Assembly (NCBI GenBank): GCA_964016885.1
Contig: OZ024743.1
Span: forward strand, 167,462,001 to 167,526,000
Source: Eledone cirrhosa
Lineage: Eukaryota
Reading direction: 5' to 3'
Length of the DNA stretch: 64,000 bases
Numbering within the stretch: position 1 is the first letter of the stretch; every line of letters begins with the position of its first letter. The notes beneath the pieces are model-generated. The model saw only the letters and a list, made by a program, of their open reading frames with translations. It had not been told where the DNA came from and did not search any database. Positions 1-17,546 of the stretch are shown piece after piece. The position numbers and the translations under genes were made by a program.

Positions 1-40
<40 letters not shown>

Positions 41-44
<4 letters not shown>

Positions 45-205
45 ATAATAATAAATTTGAAGACTAAAATCCAAAGAGGGCTCGATAAGGGTAAATATAT
101 ATCAAATATATAAGAACCGTAGAGCAAATATTTATTAAAAATACAGATTAAAGTTAAGGGTGAAAGCAGCGATTCCTTGCTTAAACTTTAATCTGTTATT
201 TTAAT
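41..205. mobile_element. PLE terminal-repeat (pLTR) fragment with internal inversion; same family as 12085-14915 and 61866-63407
   Basis: 41-154 matches the reverse complement of the terminus at about 63291-63407; about 152-205 is a forward copy of the HHR 3' half (AAGGGTGAAAGCAGCGATTC...TGCTTAAACT). Confidence 0.8.
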
Positions 206-323
206 ATATATATATTGAAATGTTGATAGTATAATTAAACCTTTAAGGAATTACACCAGTCCAGTCTCCTGTTATTTTATAATATATATATATAGTTATG
301 TAATAAACAACATAAGATAATTA

Positions 324-383
324 TTTCATTTACCAGTGGTTTCTTGAAAGCAACCAATATTGCTTTCATTCATCAGAATGAAA
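324..383 (-). ncRNA. Type I hammerhead ribozyme motif in a PLE pLTR fragment
   Basis: Minus strand: TTTCATT-CTGATGA-aTGAAAGCAA(tattgg)TTGCTTTCAa-GAAA-CCAcTGG-TA-AATGAAA; canonical core and all three stems pair. Confidence 0.85.
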
Positions 384-729
384 AAATCCTGGTGTTTTTA
401 TTGAGTGGATTTGAAAAACAAAAATATAACAGATGTGAAAGTGAGGCTGGAGGAAAAAAAGGGGTGGTGGAGAATAATAAATAAGCATATATAACAACAC
501 ACACGTACACACACACACGCGCACATATACACACACATACATGTATATATATATCCATACATAAATACACCAACATATATATATATATATATATACATGT
601 AAAGTTATATTTAAAATTGTTGGGTTACAACTAGTAAATATTTATAACTGATATAAAAGCACTCGACAAATACTTGGAGTATATTTACAATATTAAATAA
701 ATGGAAAACTATATTTATAAAACCATATC

Positions 730-795
730 TATTTCATTATATATATTTCGGGGATATCATATTAACAATATGCTATGCCTTCATCAGACAAAATA
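730..795 (-). ncRNA. Type I HHR (inverted copy of 2536-2601)
   Basis: Reverse complement of 2536-2601. Confidence 0.8.
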
Positions 796-830
796 CAATA
801 TAAACAGTTTTATAGATAAATATATTCGAC

Positions 831-992
831 ATTCCTTTTAATTCATCCTCTGAGACATGTGACCTCTGCGCAGAGGAGATATTCTTTATACTAAAATCTA
901 AAAATTCCCTTAACCTACGGACAAATTTATTCAGTTGTTGCAAACATAGATTAAACTCAACGTTTAAATATAAATTTAAATTTAAAATGTAG
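831..992 (+). pseudogene. C-terminal remnant of a PLE GIY-YIG endonuclease (not in ORF track)
   Basis: Manual translation IPFNSSSETCDLCAEEIFFILKSKNSLNLRTNLFSCCKHRLNSTF...* matches the CDLCAAE...LN...ACKH C-termini of ORFs 13524-13823 and 61779-62372. Confidence 0.8.
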
Positions 993-1254
993 TATATTTA
1001 GTTTGATTTATATTTATATGAGAACTAGCCGATAAATCTTTTGATTCCTAAATCTTTGATTCCCTCTTTTTACTGTTTATTTTATTGTATTTATTTTTAT
1101 TTTTATTTTTTATTTTTATTTTTATCTAAACATTCCTCATGAAAAATTAAGCTACCCTAAAAGCCGATGCTCCAAATTTTATGAATTAACCTTACACTTG
1201 ATAAACTTATATATTAAATATAGGAACATATGTAGACATTATTGGACATCATAA

Positions 1255-1289
<35 letters not shown>

Positions 1290-2131
1290 GATATTCCTTG
1301 CTAGATGTGATTTGATAGATAATTTTTGGCTTTGTCTTGTAGTGAACTTGGCAATATATTGTCAATTAACCTTGAAGGGTTGTTCTTTGTGGTTTATTTT
1401 TTATTTTTATTTTTATTTTTATTTTTATTTTTATTTTTATTTTTATTTTTATTTTTATTCTTTTAGTATTGTAGTATTCTATAATATTTTTATATTTTTA
1501 TTTTTTATTTTTTATTTTATTTTATTTTTATTTTTAATATTTTTATATGTAAATTTTTATATGTAAAGTTTTAATACGTAATAATTTTAAAACATAGTAT
1601 TTTTAATATGCAATATTTTTATTATGTAATATTCTTTCGTAATATTCTTTTTTAGTTTTCTATTCTATATTTTTATATTTTTTTATATATTTTTACTTAT
1701 TATCATTATTATTGTTATCTCTGCTTATAATATAATATATATTTTCGATTAGTATATTGAAATCTGCTCTCTATTTCTGCTTGATAGATAATCTTGTAGA
1801 GTAATCGCAAGAATAATAATACGCTCAAATGTTTATACCACATTGAGAATGTTTTCCGGTAACTTTGAATTTGCGGAGTGAATCAGTTGGATTCACATAG
1901 ACATATGAATTTTTTTAAAAAACTAAACATAAGATAATGAATTTTCACGCATTGTGAATACTTGTTTCATTCAGGAATACTGATATTTACAATATAGTGT
2001 AAGTTTTATAAATACTAATACATTAAAACATAGGGTTTTCTACGCCTCGAATATGTCTGGCTATTTTTAAATTTTTCTCTCTCTATATCTCTCTATATCT
2101 CTCTATATCTCCCTTACATTAATACTTGAGC

Positions 2132-2166
<35 letters not shown>

Positions 2167-2535
2167 ATGCATCATTGATACACTTACTCAAAATGACCTC
2201 CCACTACCTAATTTTTCTATATCTATATTTATATATGTATCTATCTCTATTTCCTCTCTCTATATATATATATATATCTCTTTCGGTCTCTTTACATGAA
2301 GCTCTTCGCTTTATCTATTTTTCCATCTCTCTATTTTGTCCCATGCATTTCTTCTTTTTCTTCTTCTTCTTTTTCTTCCTTTTCTTCGTTTCGTCTTTCT
2401 TTCTTTCTTATTTCCCTCTTTTCTCTCTCTCTTTCTTTCTCTCTGTATTTTCACTGCTAGAGTGAACCTCTTCAAATGAAGTTGATGTTTATTACGGTAT
2501 GTCGAATATATTTATCTATAAAACTGTTTATATTG

Positions 2536-2601
2536 TATTTTGTCTGATGAAGGCATAGCATATTGTTAATATGATATCCCCGAAATATATATAATGAAAT
2601 A
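2536..2601 (+). ncRNA. Type I HHR with palindromic stem III
   Basis: TATTTTGT-CTGATGA-aGG...CATATT/AATATG...CCcc-GAAA-TATATA-TA-ATGAAATA. Confidence 0.8.
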
Positions 2602-2671
2602 GATATGGTTTTATAAATATAGTTTTCCATTTATTTAATATTGTATATATATATATATATATATATACATG

Positions 2672-2721
<50 letters not shown>

Positions 2722-2740
2722 AACGCTCGACTTTCGTCAA

Positions 2741-3173
<433 letters not shown>

Positions 3174-3254
3174 GACCGAGGGAACAGTGTTTCCGTTGGT
3201 CTTTCCAATTGCTAATACTATCTATCGGTCGCAACTCCAGGTAGAAGGAGCGAC

Positions 3255-3308
<54 letters not shown>

Positions 3309-3336
3309 CTACCAATATATTTCTGAAGATTACCAG

Positions 3337-3485
3337 ATTATTTCTGAAGACGGCATATATGTGTGTTTGGTATGTATATTTAATCTTGATAGTTTGTATA
3401 ATTTTGTATAATTTTGTACATAGATCTGTTGAATATGCATGCCAATTCTAACACATATATATCCTAGAAACGATCGTTAAATAAT
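3337..3485 (+). ncRNA. Type I HHR with an extended stem II of about 115 nt
   Basis: ATTATTT-CTGAAGA-[cGGCATATATGTGT..TTGGTATGTATATTT...GAATATGCATGCCAA..ACACATATATaTCCta]-GAAA-CGATCG-TT-AAATAAT; near identical to 43103-43251. Confidence 0.8.
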
Positions 3486-3542
3486 GAACTTTTTTTGTTT
3501 AATATAAGGAACTGTTTCATTGTTTTATTCATTATTTGTTTA

Positions 3543-6426
<2,884 letters not shown>

Positions 6427-6622
6427 CACATACATACATTCATATATACACACATGCATACGTACTCACATATAAAAGGATACATATGCACACACACAAA
6501 TAAGAATAAATAATCATAATAGGCCGTCACATACAAATAAGCAAATAAAAAATAAAAAATATTAAGCTAACAGCGATACAAGACGGCAAAAAAAAAAAAA
6601 ATGACCAAACGTACATAGTAAG

Positions 6623-7265
<643 letters not shown>

Positions 7266-7801
7266 TATATGTATGGATGTATATATATATATATACACAT
7301 AAATATAAATTCAGCTTGAATCGTATTTCGGCTGGTAGAAAAAGCGAAACGAAACGCAAAATCGTAGAAATGCTGGCAAGCGCTCCAATAGTTAAGAAAA
7401 CTAGAGCTAAACAATATGTTAAAATGCCATACAAACTGAAAAAGTGGTCAAGAAGGCACTAACCACCTAAGCCAAAAAACAAATCAAGCTAAACAGGTCA
7501 AACAAAATAAATGATAAAAACAGACCTGGACCCAAATGGAATTGATGGTAAAATCCAAATGCAGGGTTTCTATGACACCTAAATCAATAATACTGTCTGC
7601 TTAAAATAATAAGCTTTTAGCATAATGATCGAACAAGGAATATCACGTTATCAACAGGTATTTTGCTCTGCAACCAACGTAGAACCTTGAAAAAAGCACA
7701 TGTGTAACTCACAAGGGGAAAAACCCCAGATTTTGGCAAATGAATTCAGTATGTGTATATCATGCGAAAAATTGCATAGATAGCACAAATCGAATAAACA
7801 C

Positions 7802-7844
<43 letters not shown>

Positions 7845-8023
7845 TAATACATTAACAGAGAAAGCTTTAAGCAATACTCCGACCGGCTTCCGTCTCACTC
7901 AACAAACATTAGGATATACCTTAGTATAATCCCAATTATACGTTTGGGGTGCTAACTATACGTATTTTGCGGATAGCCAGTTGTATTATTTTATATGAGA
8001 CATAATTAAAATACATCTCTCTT

Positions 8024-8144
8024 TCCAAACGATCGTTTCATTATAAGTTTTCTACAAATTGGGAAAATAATCTCCAGGTATGTAGAAGCCTACACATAGT
8101 CCGTAGGAATATATGTAGGCGGGCACTTATAAATCATCAGTGGA
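8024..8144 (-). ncRNA. Type I HHR with branched stem II, in pLTR fragment at about 7840-8160
   Basis: TCCA-CTGATGA-tTTATAAGT[GCCTACATAT/ATGTGTAGGC][TTCTACA/TGTAGAA]ACTTATAAt-GAAA-CGATCG-TT-TGGA; diverged homolog at 43706-43831. Confidence 0.85.
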
Positions 8145-8216
8145 TGCCCGACAAATATCGATATATATATATACGAAGATAATAATAAATGGAAACTATA
8201 TTTATAAAACCATATT

Positions 8217-8281
8217 TAGTTTATTATATATATTTCAAGGGCGACCAAGCAAATCTTGGTACGCTTTCATTAGATAAAATA
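8217..8281 (-). ncRNA. Degenerate HHR (core CTAATGA), pLTR related to 2499-2645
   Basis: TATTTTAT-CTAATGA-aaGCGtACCAAG(atttg)CTTGGTCGCcctt-GAAA-TATATA-TA-ATAAAcTA; the G5A change probably inactivates it. Confidence 0.65.
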
Positions 8282-8624
8282 CAAAATTTGTTTTATAAAT
8301 AATGACATACCCATGGAAATCACATCTTAACGGTCCGAAAAATTCGCTGGATAATGGAAACTTATGTGTGAATATGCAAATGAATGTATGAAAAATTGAA
8401 AAAAAACAACCGTTTATTCAAATTACGGTGGGGGAGGATGATAAAAAATTACTGTTATGAGATATATAGAAACATAGAGAGAAGAGAGAAATTTAACAGA
8501 GGATGAACTCATATAACGTAAATAATTATTATCTTCGAATATTTACTCCAGTAACTTGTTGAGTGCTCTATATCAGTTATAAACATTTATGTTTGTCGGA
8601 ATTCCAACAAATTAAATATATCTC

Positions 8625-8745
<121 letters not shown>

Positions 8746-8775
8746 GTTATGTAATAAACAACATAAGATAATTAT

Positions 8776-8836
8776 TTCATTAACCAGTGGTTTCTTGAAG
8801 GCAGATGTTATGTCTGTCTTCAGTCGTCAGAATGAA
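8776..8836 (-). ncRNA. Type I HHR, homolog of 324-383
   Basis: TTCATT-CTGACGA-cTGAAGaCAGA(cataaca)TCTGcCTTCAa-GAAA-CCAcTGG-TT-AATGAA. Confidence 0.8.
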
Positions 8837-9110
8837 TAAATAACATGGTGTTTTTATTAAATATGGATTTGAAAACAAAATTTAGGAAATATGAAAGTGA
8901 GGCTGAAAAAACGGGCAAAAAGGAATTAGGGGAAAAATATATAAATAAATATCCAGAACATAAACAAACACACACATACACACAAATGTATATGCACTCA
9001 TATGTATACACACAAACACACACACACGCATATAAAAAAGAGAGTATACACACCCATACACATACATAGATACAAACACAAAAACACAAAAACAAAAGGC
9101 TCTATACATA

Positions 9111-9162
<52 letters not shown>

Positions 9163-9164
<2 letters not shown>

Positions 9165-10024
9165 AAACAAGTAAATATAAATTAATATATATGATGAAAC
9201 ACAAATACCAACATATCTGTGTTTATATTGTTTATATTTTTATTGATTTATTATTTTAAATCGAGATAGGCAAACTGTAATATTATAATTAGTATATTTC
9301 ATTCTAGCTAACTTAATTTCTTTTACAATATAAACACAGATATGTTGGTATTTGTGTTTCATCATATATATTAATTTATATTTACTTGTTTTATACGGCT
9401 CAGAAATATTTCTTTCTTTGAGCTTTTTCATTGTAAAGGAATGCTTGAGTTTTGAACTCAATACACTTAATATAATTGCTCCTTACGTTGAGCTGATAGT
9501 AGCCCCATATATACGGCTGTTATTTCTAGCAGTACGAGTATGAGGCTGGCTAGAAACTGGAAAACCATGTCTTAAACCATGTGCGTTAAACAGTCTTTTA
9601 AAATATTTAGAAGTGAAGCATATCAATTTGTTTAGGGTGTTTACTGATGTGAGCTGGACAAGATATCCTTACACTTATTCATCTCGAAACATATTTGGAT
9701 TTTAAAGTTTAAACTTATCTACGGAAAAGGTTTGATTTTGAAATTTAAATTTGTCTAAATACCATGGCCATTTGCCAATACTGTTTGTTTTTATTGATTT
9801 ATTATTTTAAATCGAGGTAGGCAAACTGTAATATTAAAATTAGTATATTTCATTCTAGTTAACTTAATTTCTTTTACAATATAAACACAGATATGTTGGT
9901 ATTTGTGTTTCATCATATATATTAATTTATATTTACTTGTTTTATACGGCTCAGAAATATTTCTTTCTTTGAGCTTTTTCATTGTAAAGGAATGCTTGAG
10001 TTTTGAGTTTTGAACTCAATACAC

Positions 10025-10030
<6 letters not shown>
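9163..10030. repeat. Direct repeat of about 235 bp (9238-9472 and 9789-10030) plus an inverted copy of about 68 bp (9163-9230); probable PLE terminal remnant
   Basis: Near-identical direct copies (duplicate ORFs 9240-9461 and 9791-9982); 9163-9230 is the reverse complement of about 9325-9392. Confidence 0.7.
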
Positions 10031-10067
<37 letters not shown>

Positions 10068-10103
10068 ATGTCCATACACACATATATACATGCATGCATA
10101 TAT

Positions 10104-10154
<51 letters not shown>

Positions 10155-10763
10155 TATTGAAGTTTGCTTGAAGCATTGTGGAATAATAACGTAAATTTCT
10201 TTAAGTCGTTTGGAAGCCTCGACAATGCAGATGGGTAAAACTCCGGGTAACAAGATCCGGTGGTGGAGAGAGAGATGTAAGTGGGTGTACGTTGAGATGC
10301 GTGGCGTGTATAAGACGTGTAGAGGAATGAAGGAAAGAGCGTAAAGGATAAAAATAAAAATAACAATACGAGAGAGAGTTACCTTGGGAGAGATTTAATT
10401 GTCCCTATATATTTCGGATTCACATCCATCAACCGGGTTTTTTTTTCGGGTGGCGGGGGGAGGGAGGGGGTGCTAAACGTGTCCTCCGCTGTTCGTTGTT
10501 TTGAATATCTGAGGTATTCAGCAGAGCGCGCGTGCGCGTGAAATGGGGTCGGTCAGGCAGAGGTCAGCAGCCGAAGTAGTTCTTTCAATTGTAGGAGTGG
10601 GGTGGCGCTAGCTGTCAGTCCATTCTCTGCCTGTTTGGTGAATGTTACTGTGTGTGTGTGTGTGTGCGTGTGCTGTTGTCTCGCTTGAGTGTGTGTGTTT
10701 GTGCGTGTGTTGTTGCCTTGTTCTTCCGTATTGGCAGTGTAGTATGTTCGTAGGGTGGAATGC

Positions 10764-10801
<38 letters not shown>

Positions 10802-10849
10802 GTTGCTGTCTCGCTTGTGTGTGTGTGTGAGTGTGTTGCTGGCATCGTT

Positions 10850-11833
<984 letters not shown>

Positions 11834-11910
11834 GTTATTCCGGGTTGAATCGGAGGTAACCACAGTAAGTAAGGTACTCAATACATTGCAGAGTATAAAA
11901 GTTTTAATAT

Positions 11911-12002
11911 AGATGAGATTCTACAGGACTAGAACTGTTTCATTCTTTAGAATGAAACATGATGATTTCTAAAGAATGAAACAGTTCTAGTCCTGTAGAA
12001 TC

Positions 12003-12008
<6 letters not shown>
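11911..12008. repeat. Perfect 42-bp-arm inverted repeat made of HHR halves, at a PLE terminus
   Basis: 11911-11952 is the reverse complement of 11967-12008; right side reads aTGATGA-tTTC(taaa)GAAt-GAAA-CAG(ttctagtc)CTG-TA. Confidence 0.8.
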
Positions 12009-12086
<78 letters not shown>

Positions 12087-12196
12087 GTAATAATAATAAA
12101 TTTGAAGACTAAAATCCAAAGGGGGCTCGTTAAGGATAAAAATATATCGAATATATAAGAACCGTAGAGCAAATATTTATGAAAATAACAGATTAA

Positions 12197-12247
12197 AGTT
12201 TAAGCAAAGAATCGCTGCTTTCACCCTTAACGGGATCTTCTGAATCT
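12197..12247 (-). ncRNA. HHR variant (core CAGAAGA) in the inverted pLTR
   Basis: Reverse-complement homolog of 14843-14893. Confidence 0.65.
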
Positions 12248-12380
12248 AAAAAAATCAATCTGTGAACGCAGAAGTAAATATTTCGAAAAACGTTGCAGCC
12301 GAAGACGATACTTTGGTTCGTGGAAACGTTCCCTGGCAAAGAATGGAAAAAACGAAGATAATACGTCATTATTTGGAGCG

Positions 12381-12560
12381 AGGGATTGGCAGTATCGGTA
12401 GAGGGTCGGACGCCATGCTTTCCATCATAGTTACGTCCCTTTACGGTCTGAGTTCAAATCCCGCCGAGATTAACTTTGCCTTTCATCCTTACGGGGTCGA
12501 TAAAATAAAGTACCAGTAATGTACTGGGTAATTTCTGGTCTTGTGCCAATAGTAGAAACA
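12381..12560 (+). mobile_element. tRNA-derived SINE with 13-bp target site duplication
   Basis: A-box-like TTGGCAGTATCGG, B box GTTCAAATCC, core TTTCATCCTTACGGGGTCGATAAAATAAAGTACC; TSD ATTATTTGGAGCG at 12368-12380 and 12561-12573. Confidence 0.85.
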
Positions 12561-12588
12561 ATTATTTGGAGCGGTGAAAACAAATACA

Positions 12589-13830
12589 GTGGTTAAGGAT
12601 TTCGAAGTTGATGCCCTCCTCAATGCCCGTAAGTCGGTGATTTATTTCGACGACTCTATTTGGATTAAAAAATCTAATAGTACCCCATTCGACGTCAGTA
12701 TGGGCGCCAGCGATTCTGCGGAGGTTACTGATCTTATCGGCCTTTTCCTTCTTTTCTCTATCAAGGAAGAATTCCCCAACGTAAGCGGTGGTTTGTACCG
12801 TGATGACGGTCTTTTGACCATGACAAAGTGCGGCCCACGTGCTTGCGACAGGTTTAGAAAAGAACTCACAGCCTTCTTTAAGGGCTTCAACCTCTCCATA
12901 CAGGTTGAGGTCAACCTCTCGGTCGTTAATTACCTCGACGTTACCCTCAATTTGTTGAATGGCTTACACTACCCGTATAGAAAGCCGAATGATATGCTTA
13001 ATTACATAAGTAAGCATTCCAACCATCCTGCCCACATAGAACCTGGTAAGAAACGTTTCTTTAAGGCTTTCCCGTCTATCTTCAAACGAGAATATTTTCA
13101 CCGACCATTCCACATATTACAATGAAATAAGGTAGCATATACAGAGTACGAGAATAGACCTAGGAAAAATAGATCCCGACGCATTATACGGTATAACCCA
13201 CCATATAATATGGAGGTGGCCACACCATTAGCTAAGATATTTCTGTCCCTTATTATGAAGCATTTCCACCCAGCACATAAATATGATAACATTTTAAATA
13301 GAAATACCATTAAAATTTCTCTACGACTCCTAACCTGGCACATAACATCACAGCTTCAAATTTAGCTAAATTACCTAGCCGTAGGAATACGTGCAACCCT
13401 GTAGCTAGTACTAACTGTAATTGTAGGAATCGGGTAGATTGCCCCCTATCCGGGAAATGCCTCTCTAGTAACATTGTCTACAAATGTAAGGTTGAAACAC
13501 CCACGTCCCGTAGGGCCTACATAGTGTTAACCGCCAATAGATTCAAGCAGCGTCTTTACATGCATACCCATTCTTTTCTTAACCCTTTAAGAAGGAATAT
13601 GACGTCACTTTCAGCTTATATCTGGAGTCTAAAGGACAACCACACCCAATATAAGTTACACTGGGAGATCCTAGCTAGGGCTAGATCGTATAACGGAAAT
13701 AAAAGACCATGTGACCTCTGCGCCGCTGAGGCCCTGGAAATACTCTACGCCAAAGACCACATCTTAAACAAAAAATCTGAGGCAATTTCGGCTTGTAAAC
13801 ATAAATTGCACAAAATACCCTAACGGATAG
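12589..13830 (+). pseudogene. Disrupted PLE RT-EN ORF
   Basis: FDVSMGASDSAEVTDLIG, LYRDDGL, YLDVTLNL, YRKPN, SNHP; CNCRNRVDCPLSGKC; FKQRLYMH; CDLCAAE; frameshifts present. Confidence 0.9.
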
Positions 13831-14201
13831 TACGAACTATACGCGGATATTTTACGTCTTGATGTGGTAGCTAAGTATGTTATGTTTATACCATTACTTA
13901 TTAGTATAGGTAAGTATATATTACCCGTATGTTTTGAGAAGGTACGTATACTTTCTCGCACGTATATTTGCTTGTATATGGTATAGGCGTATATTTTATA
14001 TTATATATACTGGTACATGCGCATATGGTTATGTGTATACGTGAGTTTTGCGTCTGTGTGAATATGCGGGTTCATACGTACGTAGGGTGTGTATATATGT
14101 GTACTTTGTGTTTTGGTTAACGTAGTCTGCGCACATATGTGTATTTACATGTAGGTATGTGTGTATATTCATTTACGTTTATATAATTATATGTATACAC
14201 G

Positions 14202-14249
<48 letters not shown>

Positions 14250-14842
14250 TATGTGTCTTGGTGTATACGTTCGTATGTTTGCGGGTGCAGGCGTTGCGTG
14301 GGTTCTGTATGTGCGTGCGTGATTTTTTTGTGTACGTGCTTGTATTTGCATACCTATGGCGGGTGTTTTCGAGTATGCATGTGTATATACGTATATGGAT
14401 GTGTGCATGTATATATTTAATTTCAATTACCTCTGTAATTTATCCATTCTTTACCCTGAAGCCGAGAACCATTCGGTTTCATAAATAGAATTTTAGTCTA
14501 CGACTTCAGTTATACTATAAACGTGGTTTTGTCTTTGCGTGTAATTGTTCTCACGCGCCACATAATGACGTATTATCTTCTTCGTTTTTTCCGTTCATTG
14601 CCAGAGAACGTCTCCATGAACCACCTAATAGAATATTAGTCTACGACTTCATTTATACCATAAACGTGGTTTTGTCTTTGCGTGTATTTGTTTTCACCGT
14701 TCCAAATAATGACATATTATCTTCGTTTTTTCCCTTCTTTGCCAGGGAACGTTTCCACGTACCAAAGTATCGTCTTCCTGTCTTCCTTCGGTTGCAACGT
14801 TTTTCGAAATATTTACTTCTGCGTTCACAGATTGATTATTTT

Positions 14843-14893
14843 AGTTTCAGAAGATCCCGTTGAGGGTGAAAGCAGCGATTCTTTGCTTAAACT
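14843..14893 (+). ncRNA. HHR variant (U4A; core CAGAAGA)
   Basis: AGTTT-CAGAAGA-tCCC(gttga)GGGt-GAAA-GCA(gcgattctt)TGC-TT-AAACT, with distal CAGATT/AATCTG extension of stem I. Confidence 0.7.
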
Positions 14894-14910
14894 TTAATCT
14901 GTTATTTTAA

Positions 14911-14945
<35 letters not shown>

Positions 14946-15006
14946 ATGAGACAGGTTGTACTGGGATACATGTTACCAGTAGCACTATATATACACACAC
15001 ACATAA

Positions 15007-15161
<155 letters not shown>

Positions 15162-15313
15162 AATGAAATATATTTAAAGGTTAAACAAGGTTCAATGAAT
15201 AAATCAAAGAATGAATTTTACAATAGATTGGAAGCACTCAACAGTATTGGTTTTCCGGAATTATTAATATTAATTCAAAATATTAACAAAAATAGACATT
15301 CGTGTGATCAAGA

Positions 15314-15380
15314 TATTTTATTATACATATTTCAGAGGTATTGAGCTATCTTCAACAGTACGTCCTCATCAGATAAAATA
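15314..15380 (-). ncRNA. Type I HHR in an inverted pLTR (about 15160-15905)
   Basis: TATTTTAT-CTGATGA-gGAcGTA..TTGA..TCAATAC.TCt-GAAA-TATGTA-TA-ATAAAATA; perfect 8-bp stem I. Confidence 0.85.
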
Positions 15381-15909
15381 AGATGATGCATGACATACCC
15401 TGACATAGTAGATGGTTAAGATTCAGTCATGGTAGTGAATATGATATGCCAAGACTCAATATTTATATACCTTAAGATTGAGACATGAAAAAACTTACAT
15501 ATAATACAGAGGGTGCGTGTGAGAAAGCTTAAAAATATATAATAGCAATTTACATAACTGTTAGAGATTCAAATAATTTAAATTATTGAAGAAAGAAGAA
15601 AGAAAGAAAAAAGACAGAGATAAACAGATGAGGAAAAAATATAGTTACTAGAAGTATAGAAAGCAAAAGAGAATTGATCAAGGATAGAGAGACAAAAGGG
15701 AACTAATTTTTATAGTAAAAGCATAGATAAAATACATGAATATACATTTAGGCATAGCTTTGTGAAAGAGTAAACTCAAATCTTTGAATTATCTAGAAGT
15801 ATCCATCTATCTAAATATTAAATATATCTGGGTGTAATTATATGATGGTTTAATTTCGAGTTCTCAATTAATAAGAAATATACTAAAAATTATTTATACA
15901 CCATATATA

Positions 15910-17198
15910 TCCAAACTTATCCAGCTGACCGTTGAATTTCAAATTCCTTATGATAGTTCAGAGTAATGGGTTAAAAGGTTAAGCCCTGAAAACTATTTTG
16001 GTGTTGCAATGGGTTCATATGACAGTGCGGATGTGTGTGACTTAGTAGGATTATTCCTTCTCCACACCCTTAAAGAGAAATTTCCTTCCCATAATATCCG
16101 TTTATACCGTGACGACGGATTAGCAGTTTCTCATACCACCAACAGCCATAACCTTGATAAATTCCGTAAAGATTTAATCAATACTTTTGCTAATCTTAAC
16201 CTTAAAATCACTATAGATACGAACCTTGCCAATGCTAACTTTCTTGATATTAATCTTGATCTACTTACCGCCTCTTTTAAACCTTATCATAAACCTAACG
16301 AGAATCTAAGATATATACACAAAGAGTCTTGCCATTCCCGTATAGTTTAAACAAATCTTATTCCCAATATTAGCCGTATGATTTCTACTTTATCTTCTTC
16401 TCTAGACATTTTTAATAAAGCTGCCCCTTATTATAATAAAGCCCGCAATAACAGCGGCTTCACAGAACAGATTACATATTTACCTACTCCTCCCCCTAAA
16501 ACTAATCACAATAATAGGAAAAGGAAAATTATTTGGTTTACACCCCCCTTCTCTCTAACTATCAAAACTAATGTAGGAAGGAAATTCCTTGACATCCTAG
16601 ATAAGCATTTTCCCCCTAATCATAGATATTATAAGATATTTAATAGAAATGTAGTTAAAATTAGTTACGCTTGCTGCCCATCTATGAAGTCTAAAATCAC
16701 CAACTCTAATCGTACGAGAATAAATCCAGGATGCAGTTGCAGAAAGCCGAATGAATGCCCATTACAGGGCAAATGTAACACCAAATCCGTTGTATATGAG
16801 GCTAAAGTAACACGTTTGATTAACAACCATCCAGGAGTGAACGATATGTTGGTATGACTCAAGACAGGTTCAAAACCAGGTTTTATGCACATGTCGCTTC
16901 TTTTAAACACTCCGATAAAAGAACAGCAACGGCTCTCGCTAATAAGGTGTGGGAATTCAAAGATAATAAAATCCCGTACTCTATCGATTGGTCTATTTTA
17001 GACCATTCGAGGGAATACCAAAGGGGTACAAAGTATTGTTCTTTGTGTACCACTGAAAAATTTTGAATTCTACAGAATTTGAAAGCCACTTCAACTTGCC
17101 TTAACTCCAAGATCGAGATCTTCATATGTTGTCCTCACCTGAAATCACATCTGCTCTGTAACTGGATTGACATTCCTACGATGACTCAACCACCTTGA
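15910..17198 (+). pseudogene. Disrupted PLE RT-EN ORF (second family)
   Basis: MGSYDSADVCDLVG, LYRDDGL, IIWFTPPFS, CSCRKPNECPLQGKC, FKTRFYAH, CSLCTTE; stops and frameshifts. Confidence 0.9.
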
Positions 17199-17546
17199 AC
17201 TTCTTCTTTGCTACGATGACTTAACCACCTTGAACTTATTCTATGCTCTTTACGCCTTACATCTACTACGACTTTTATTACTCTCTGAACTCACTTTCTG
17301 TACCCTTATTTTCTCTTTCTCCCATATCTCCTCTTATTTTTTAACTTTTTATTTTCCTTATTCCCACCTACTCTCTACCTTACCCTTTACATACCCACCC
17401 CGTTTTGATTTTTAGATATTAATTTTACGTGTATGTATGTTGTCGTGTATATGTCTATATAAGTGTATGCATATATATATAAATATATGTGCATATGCAT
17501 GTACATTTTTTTATATATATGTGTATGTGTATATATGTGTATATCC

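Larger units (their letters stand above)
600..2645 (+). mobile_element. 5'-truncated PLE with inverted pLTR at its 5' end
   Basis: 686-832 is the reverse complement of 2499-2645; an endonuclease C-terminus at 831-992 is followed by a long T-rich 3' region; both repeats contain an HHR. Confidence 0.8.
12085..14915 (+). mobile_element. 5'-truncated PLE (MGASDSA/YRDDGL RT plus C-terminal GIY-YIG-like EN) with inverted pLTR at 12085-12588
   Basis: ORF fragments 12574-13125 and 13524-13823; the inverted arm matches the reverse complement of about 14685-14915 plus the terminus seen at about 63310-63407. Confidence 0.9.

Noticed and set aside
7680-7785. TTGAAAA...GAAA variant HHR
   Set aside because: No stem I pairing and no U at position 16.1.
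9280-9375. HHR on the minus strand (ATGATGA...GAAA)
   Set aside because: C3 is missing, and stems II and III do not close convincingly around the core.
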